From PVC group bacterium (GTDB lineage: Bacteria; Omnitrophota; Gorgyraeia; B26-G9), in the NCBI GenBank assembly GCA_024231215.1, contig JAAEQR010000142.1, positions 228,593-292,592 on the forward strand: a DNA stretch of 64,000 nt. Direction: 5' to 3'. Shown piece by piece: positions 59,117 to 64,000 of the stretch (positions within the stretch are counted from its first letter, which is position 1; every line of letters starts with the position of its first letter). The notes beneath the pieces are model-generated. The model was not told where the DNA came from. It was given only the letters and a program-made list of their open reading frames with translations, and made no database searches. Position numbers and translations under genes: made by a program.

Positions 59117-59737
59117 ATGACACACGAAAAGTTGGCATTAAGTGATATCCATATTGATATGCTCAAAGAAGTTGGGCATATTTGCACAGGTAACGCAACG
59201 ATAGCTCTTGCGCAAGTTGTTAAACAAACCGTCGATTTAACAATACCTGACCTCAAAATAGTCCCTGCAAACCAAGCATCAACCATCTTCGGCAATATGC
59301 ATGATGTTTTAGTCGGAGTAAACATAGAACTCTTAGGCAAATTATCCGGAAATATTGTGCTTATGTTCCCGGAAAAAAGTGCTTATGGCATAGTTGACGG
59401 TGTCACCGAAGAACATGATGACTTAGAAAGATCAACGGAATTTGGGGTATCTATACTAAAAGAAATTGGAAATATTGTAATTTCTGCATACTTAGCTACC
59501 TTGGCTACCTTTACAAAAACAGTCATACTACATTCCATTCCCAGCCTTACTTGCGGCACTCTGGAAACAATCCTTAACGTTGCCTTTAAACAAGCCTTTG
59601 ATACTACTGAAGAAGTTGTTATTATTGAAACTTTCTTCTCTATCGCGAAAAAAGACGTTAAAGGAATTTTTTACCTGATGTTTGAACCTAAAGTATTGCG
59701 AAAAGTTCTGGATGCAAATAAGCAGAACCTGGAATAA
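59117..59737 (+). CDS. cheC: CheC-family protein-aspartate phosphatase (orphan)
   Basis: DMLKEVGHICTGNATIAL and SILKEIGNIVISAYL repeats; ATG 59117. Confidence 0.85.
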   Translation: MTHEKLALSDIHIDMLKEVGHICTGNATIALAQVVKQTVDLTIPDLKIVPANQASTIFGNMHDVLVGVNIELLGKLSGNIVLMFPEKSAYGIVDGVTEEHDDLERSTEFGVSILKEIGNIVISAYLATLATFTKTVILHSIPSLTCGTLETILNVAFKQAFDTTEEVVIIETFFSIAKKDVKGIFYLMFEPKVLRKVLDANKQNLE

Positions 59738-59764
59738 TCAATAAACCTTCAAAAAGGTACATTA

Positions 59765-59941
59765 ATGAAATTAGAATGTTGCGAAAAATGCCAATTTTAC
59801 TGGACATGTGAACTTAAATGGTACCGTGGTGAACGACAGGAATCAAACACCTGCTGTGAACGGTGCGATTATTATGGAGAATGTGTTAAGAAAACTAAAC
59901 CAACTAATTCACGTGCCACCAAGGCAAAATCTGTAATATAG
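59765..59941 (+). CDS. Unannotated 58-aa Cys-rich miniprotein with a duplicated CCxxCx5C motif
   Basis: MKLECCEKCQFYWTCELKWYRGERQESNTCCERCDYYGECVKKTKPTNSRATKAKSVI*; AAAGG SD; fills the gap between cheC and the convergent DUF39 gene. Confidence 0.75.
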   Translation: MKLECCEKCQFYWTCELKWYRGERQESNTCCERCDYYGECVKKTKPTNSRATKAKSVI

Positions 59942-59945
59942 CTAT

Positions 59946-61145
59946 TTAAACAACTTTTCTTTCCTTAAGTTTCTTGAAATTAATTCCTGAATTTTCCCCA
60001 GGCAAGCATTCAACCGGATCCCCTAAAAGAAATTTACCTTTTTTAATCCATTGTTTAAGCACATCACAAATCTGTCTAGCTTTAAAATAACTGGAAAGTC
60101 CTGCCGTCGGAATACTTTTACCTCGCAGGTGAATAGTTCCGGATCTTAAATCTTTGTAGTTAACTTGAGCAATTATATTTTGTTTGCCATCCGGATAATC
60201 TTTGCTATAGTCAACAATAGAAGCCTTGATATCTTCGTCTTTAACTGTAACGTATCGTAGCATTTCCTGATCAATAATCGGAATCGGAACTCCGATGCCA
60301 ACCGCTAGGCTCACACCATAACCCTGCAGACTTGCCGCTCTGAGCCACTCAGGACTCATCGCCTTCATATCTCCGTTCACTGCAAGCGTACCTGCCGGAA
60401 CAAGTGGAACACCGCCTTTAGTTCTCTTTACTGTAGTCGTATGCTGTGTCCCTTGACTAAATACATAGCCAACTCCACCACCCAGGAATATTCTCGTACC
60501 AATACCAATCGTTCGGAAATGAGGATCATTTAAAAGCGGGGAAAGTTGTCCGGCACTACAATAATTAGCATTACCAAGTTTTGGCCTCAAAACCCCCATA
60601 TAAGTATATTTCGTCTTATTTGAAAGATTTACACCCACATTATAATTTTGATAACAATTCCGTGGGTTCATCAACAATGCTTCATTCATATCAGCTAAAT
60701 TAATCCAGGTATCGAGTTCTTTTCGGGGATAACAATCAGTTCCATAGCCAATAGCTTTTAATCGCACATCTTTACCAGACACTAACTCTTCAATAACATG
60801 CCCTCCGCCATATTTAAACTCCCCCGGATAATTAAGATTAGCCGGAGCACTCTCAGGTAATTCAGTTGCTCCGATAAGCATATCCACAGCCGCTAAACCA
60901 CAATAACACGGCACATCATTTATCCAAGCCTTAGTTATCTTCATTTTAGGCTTAGAATGCCCGATATTAAACAGTGCCATGGAAGAGCACATCGGGCCAA
61001 AAGTCCCGGTTGTCACCACATCCACATAATCAGCTGTTTTCTTAATACCCTTTCGCTTAACGATCTCCAAGATTTCTTCTTTTGTAACAACTACCGCTTT
61101 CTTCTTTTTAATCTTAGCATTTATTTCAGCAATAGTTTTAGCCAT
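59946..61145 (-). CDS. Homocysteine biosynthesis protein (DUF39, L-aspartate semialdehyde sulfurtransferase MA1821-like)
   Basis: KTIAEINAKI, VDVVTTGTFGPMCSS, YGGGHVIEEL, RNCYQNY, AGQLSPLLNDP. Confidence 0.9.
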   Translation of the reverse strand: MAKTIAEINAKIKKKKAVVVTKEEILEIVKRKGIKKTADYVDVVTTGTFGPMCSSMALFNIGHSKPKMKITKAWINDVPCYCGLAAVDMLIGATELPESAPANLNYPGEFKYGGGHVIEELVSGKDVRLKAIGYGTDCYPRKELDTWINLADMNEALLMNPRNCYQNYNVGVNLSNKTKYTYMGVLRPKLGNANYCSAGQLSPLLNDPHFRTIGIGTRIFLGGGVGYVFSQGTQHTTTVKRTKGGVPLVPAGTLAVNGDMKAMSPEWLRAASLQGYGVSLAVGIGVPIPIIDQEMLRYVTVKDEDIKASIVDYSKDYPDGKQNIIAQVNYKDLRSGTIHLRGKSIPTAGLSSYFKARQICDVLKQWIKKGKFLLGDPVECLPGENSGINFKKLKERKVV

Positions 61146-61206
61146 TTACATCCTCCAAATATTTTTTACTTCGTGTTATTGTATTATAGCTCTTTGGATT
61201 TACAAT

Positions 61207-62037
61207 CTATTCCCACTCAGACTTTCCCCATTCCGTCCGAAATTTATCTCCCGCCATCTTATGCGCAGCAAGATTAGAATGTCTCTCCTTCTGATGCCAG
61301 TAATTCACATATGATAAAATCTGGTACGCAGCCCACTGCCAAGCCATCATAAAACCAATAACTCCGTCTTTATATCCTCTTTTCTGGATAAACATTTTAA
61401 AAAACCGGGAAAAAGCTCTAATCATCGCAATTTTAAAATTCATCTTTCGTTTATCCCGATACCACTTTTTCCCTTCCAATACACTTTGCACATTCATTTT
61501 GTCAACAACATTGGACATACTGCTATAACAATAATGCACTATATCCCCGCTTAGCCGACCTTCTTTTCCATCCAAAAAAGCACGCGGATGAATTTCCGCG
61601 TCTTCATAACGAAATTTACTTTTTTTAAAAATCTTTATCCGGCTCGCCGGATACCAGCCCCCATATCTAATCCAATAATGTCCGGCAAAGATACTTTTCA
61701 TCGCGACAGAAAACGCATCACAGTCTGTTCCCTGTTCTAAAAATTCAGTTATTTGTTCTTTTAATTTTTTGCTTACACGTTCATCCGGGTCTAATGTTAA
61801 TACCCATTCGTTTTTCGCCCGGGCATAACCACGATTGCGTATTGATCCTTCCAAATCCCAGGTATCTGGATAAATCGCGTCGGTATATACACGCGCATAA
61901 TCAAGTGTTTTATCCGTAGAGCCGTTATCAACAATAACGATTTCATCTGCCCATTTAACCGATTCCAAACAATCTTTAATATTAAATTGCACATTTCTGG
62001 TGATCACGACCACACTTATCGGTAGTTTCTTATCCAT
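61207..62037 (-). CDS. Glycosyltransferase family 2 (WaaE/KdtX-like)
   Basis: ISVVVITRN, VDNGSTD, WVLTLDPDE, GYKDGVIG. Confidence 0.88.
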   Translation of the reverse strand: MDKKLPISVVVITRNVQFNIKDCLESVKWADEIVIVDNGSTDKTLDYARVYTDAIYPDTWDLEGSIRNRGYARAKNEWVLTLDPDERVSKKLKEQITEFLEQGTDCDAFSVAMKSIFAGHYWIRYGGWYPASRIKIFKKSKFRYEDAEIHPRAFLDGKEGRLSGDIVHYCYSSMSNVVDKMNVQSVLEGKKWYRDKRKMNFKIAMIRAFSRFFKMFIQKRGYKDGVIGFMMAWQWAAYQILSYVNYWHQKERHSNLAAHKMAGDKFRTEWGKSEWE

Positions 62038-62077
62038 ATCCTACTCCTTTTATTCTAATACGGTGATTTATAATTTG

Positions 62078-63187
62078 CTATTTATCATTCCGAAGGTATT
62101 CCATGCAATCCTCAAAAACGTCTTCCGGAGTAATGCGAGATAAACATTCCCGGTAAACATTGCGGGTACATTTAAACCGGCAAGGAGAACAAGCCATCTG
62201 CTTATACAAAATAATATTTTTAGACCCTATAGGCGAAAATTTACGCGGTGTAGTAGGTCCAAAAATTGTAGCGCTAAGTGATCCCAAACAACTAGCCAGA
62301 TGCATTCCACCGCTGTCATTGCCAATCGCAATTTCACACCTCTGGAGCAATGCTGCACTATTTAACAGTTCTTCGGAAAAAGAAATATCTTTTTCCGCGG
62401 GAATAAGTGCCTCTGTTTTCATCCTATCTGAGATTTCTCTTAATAGTTCTATTTCCTTGGCATTTCCTAATAGAATAGTCTTATACCCCTTTGCTGCCAA
62501 TAAATCAGCCAACTTAGCGAAATATTCCGGCATCCAGTTTTTAAACTGCATACCGCAACTGGGCAAAATTCCCACAAACTTTCCCGTAAAATCAGCCAAG
62601 AACCGATCTGTTTTTGTTTTATATTCTACCGGGATATCAATCTTATTATCTGTTAACTCAAAATCCTGGATACCTAAACGTGCCGGTAAAGTAAGCAGTT
62701 GTTCTAAAATATGCATTTTTTTATATTCAAGCTTCGGCATCGGCCAATCCGAAAGAAAAGGACTGCCACTGAGCATATATTTAGAACCTAAATTTTTAAG
62801 CCAAAAACTTGTCTCCCAACGCCGCTGAGTATCAATTAATAAGTCAATTTTTCCCTTCAATTGATTTTTGAACGCAAAGTGTTGTTTCAAACCTTTGCCC
62901 TTATTTACACGTTCATAATGTATATATTCATCAATATCTGAAATTGATTTAAAAATTTCCTCAAAACGAGGATAGATAGTTCCCATATAACTTATCCTGG
63001 CTTGGGGAAAATGCTGTTTCAACGCCCTAAACAACGGAATCCCTACCACCAGATCCCCTAATCCGCCACCGCCTTTATATACAGCAATATTTTTTATGCG
63101 CGAAGCAATTTTAAGATATATCTGCTGTTGTTTATATTGCTGAAAATCTTTTCTATTTAAAAATTCAAATTTCAATCCACTATTCAT
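62078..63187 (-). CDS. Glycosyltransferase family 9 (heptosyltransferase-like)
   Basis: GLGDLV, KNW, GNDSGGMHLA, IFGPT, CSPC...C. Confidence 0.9.
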   Translation of the reverse strand: MNSGLKFEFLNRKDFQQYKQQQIYLKIASRIKNIAVYKGGGGLGDLVVGIPLFRALKQHFPQARISYMGTIYPRFEEIFKSISDIDEYIHYERVNKGKGLKQHFAFKNQLKGKIDLLIDTQRRWETSFWLKNLGSKYMLSGSPFLSDWPMPKLEYKKMHILEQLLTLPARLGIQDFELTDNKIDIPVEYKTKTDRFLADFTGKFVGILPSCGMQFKNWMPEYFAKLADLLAAKGYKTILLGNAKEIELLREISDRMKTEALIPAEKDISFSEELLNSAALLQRCEIAIGNDSGGMHLASCLGSLSATIFGPTTPRKFSPIGSKNIILYKQMACSPCRFKCTRNVYRECLSRITPEDVFEDCMEYLRNDK

Positions 63188-63210
63188 AATATTCTTATCT
63201 TACACCATTA

Positions 63211-64000
63211 TTATAGATAAAAGCAACTTACCCGATGTCCGGGGGCTATTTCTCTAAGCTCAGGTTTTGAATTCCAGCATTGTGGCTGCACCTGCAAACA
63301 CTTATTAGCAAACGGACATCCCAACGATAAATCATGACCTGTGTCTTCTTTATCTTTTTTTATATACTTATTTTTATCTTGTCTAAGCGAACGATCTAAA
63401 GACGGCATACTAGCCAAAAGTAGTTTTGTGTATGGATGTCTCGGATTCTTATATAATTCCTCGCTCTCTGCCTGCTCCATAATCCGACCGCGATACATTA
63501 CCGCAACCCTATCACTGATATAACGCACTACATTTAGATTATGCGCAATAAAAAGATAACTTAATTTATATTTATCCTGCAAAGAAGTCAATAAATTAAG
63601 CACTTGAGCCTGGGTTGATAAATCCAACGAAGACACTGGCTCATCCAATACAAGCAACTCTGGAGAAGTTGCCAATGCACGCGCAATCCCAACTCTCTGC
63701 CGTTCTCCACCACTTAACTGATGCGGAAGTCTTTCAAGATGCCTTTCATTTAAACCTACCTGCACCACCAAATCCCTAACTCTCTCTTCTGCCTCCTTTT
63801 TTCCAGTTTTAAATACCTGCAATGGTTCAGCAATAATATTTTGCACTGTAAGTCTTGGAGAAAGACTGCTGTAAGGATCCTGAAAAACAATCTGTATCTT
63901 TTGACGTAATGGACGAAATTCTTTTTCCGCTAGATTTGTTATATTATTACCGGCAAAGAACACATCCCCGGAACTAGGATCAAGTAACTTGATAATCATC
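63211..64000 (-). CDS. Oligopeptide/dipeptide ABC transporter ATP-binding subunit (OppF/AppF), 5'-truncated by the window edge
   Basis: VFQDPYSSL, LSGGERQR, LDEPVSSLD, HPYT, GCPF...C...C. Confidence 0.92.
   Translation of the reverse strand, partial: MIIKLLDPSSGDVFFAGNNITNLAEKEFRPLRQKIQIVFQDPYSSLSPRLTVQNIIAEPLQVFKTGKKEAEERVRDLVVQVGLNERHLERLPHQLSGGERQRVGIARALATSPELLVLDEPVSSLDLSTQAQVLNLLTSLQDKYKLSYLFIAHNLNVVRYISDRVAVMYRGRIMEQAESEELYKNPRHPYTKLLLASMPSLDRSLRQDKNKYIKKDKEDTGHDLSLGCPFANKCLQVQPQCWNSKPELREIAPGHRVSCFYL

Noticed and set aside
202-63523. Numerous 60-220 aa ORFs antisense or out of frame to known genes (e.g. 202-576, 16684-17094, 34841-35368, 53916-54374, 62160-62828)
   Set aside because: They are shadows of well-supported genes, with Ser/Ile/Phe-rich antisense composition and no recognisable motifs

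Overview
A low-GC (visually about 35-40%) bacterial chromosome segment. Gene content is consistent with a diderm anaerobe, plausibly Ca. Omnitrophota/PVC (inference only). Bases 1-51213 are almost entirely minus-strand. They hold nusA(5' end)-rimP; a ~23 kb type IV pilus locus (pilQ, pilP-like, pilO, fused pilMN, GGDEF diguanylate cyclase, mini MerR/BldC-like regulator, two pilins, pilRS, pilX/W/V-like minor pilins behind a c-di-GMP-I riboswitch, pilC, two pilB, a stand-alone MshEN protein, two pilT and a receiver protein); a radical SAM gene, PAS kinase and mreBCD-mrdA-rodA; aroA, a TPR-CPBP protease, truA, asd-leuBDC, argA-like GNAT, NIL-ferredoxin, gmhB, comEC-porin-comEA, leuS and a secreted HExxH protein. 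The right part has tRNA-Ala(GGC), an nfeD-nfeD-floA operon, tRNA-Leu(CAA), a three-gene rnfCDB cluster, an orphan cheC followed by an unannotated 58-aa 8-Cys miniprotein, a DUF39 homocysteine synthase, two LPS glycosyltransferases and a partial oppF. The most notable unexplained signals are: the c-di-GMP wiring of the pilus locus, including a riboswitch with two competing 3' arms; phased operator repeats (10-bp and 22-bp periods); T-arm-derived elements behind both tRNAs; the Cys-rich miniprotein; rnf lacking G/E/A; and three unrelated long palindromic intergenic elements. No CRISPR array, transposase, integrase or rRNA was seen.
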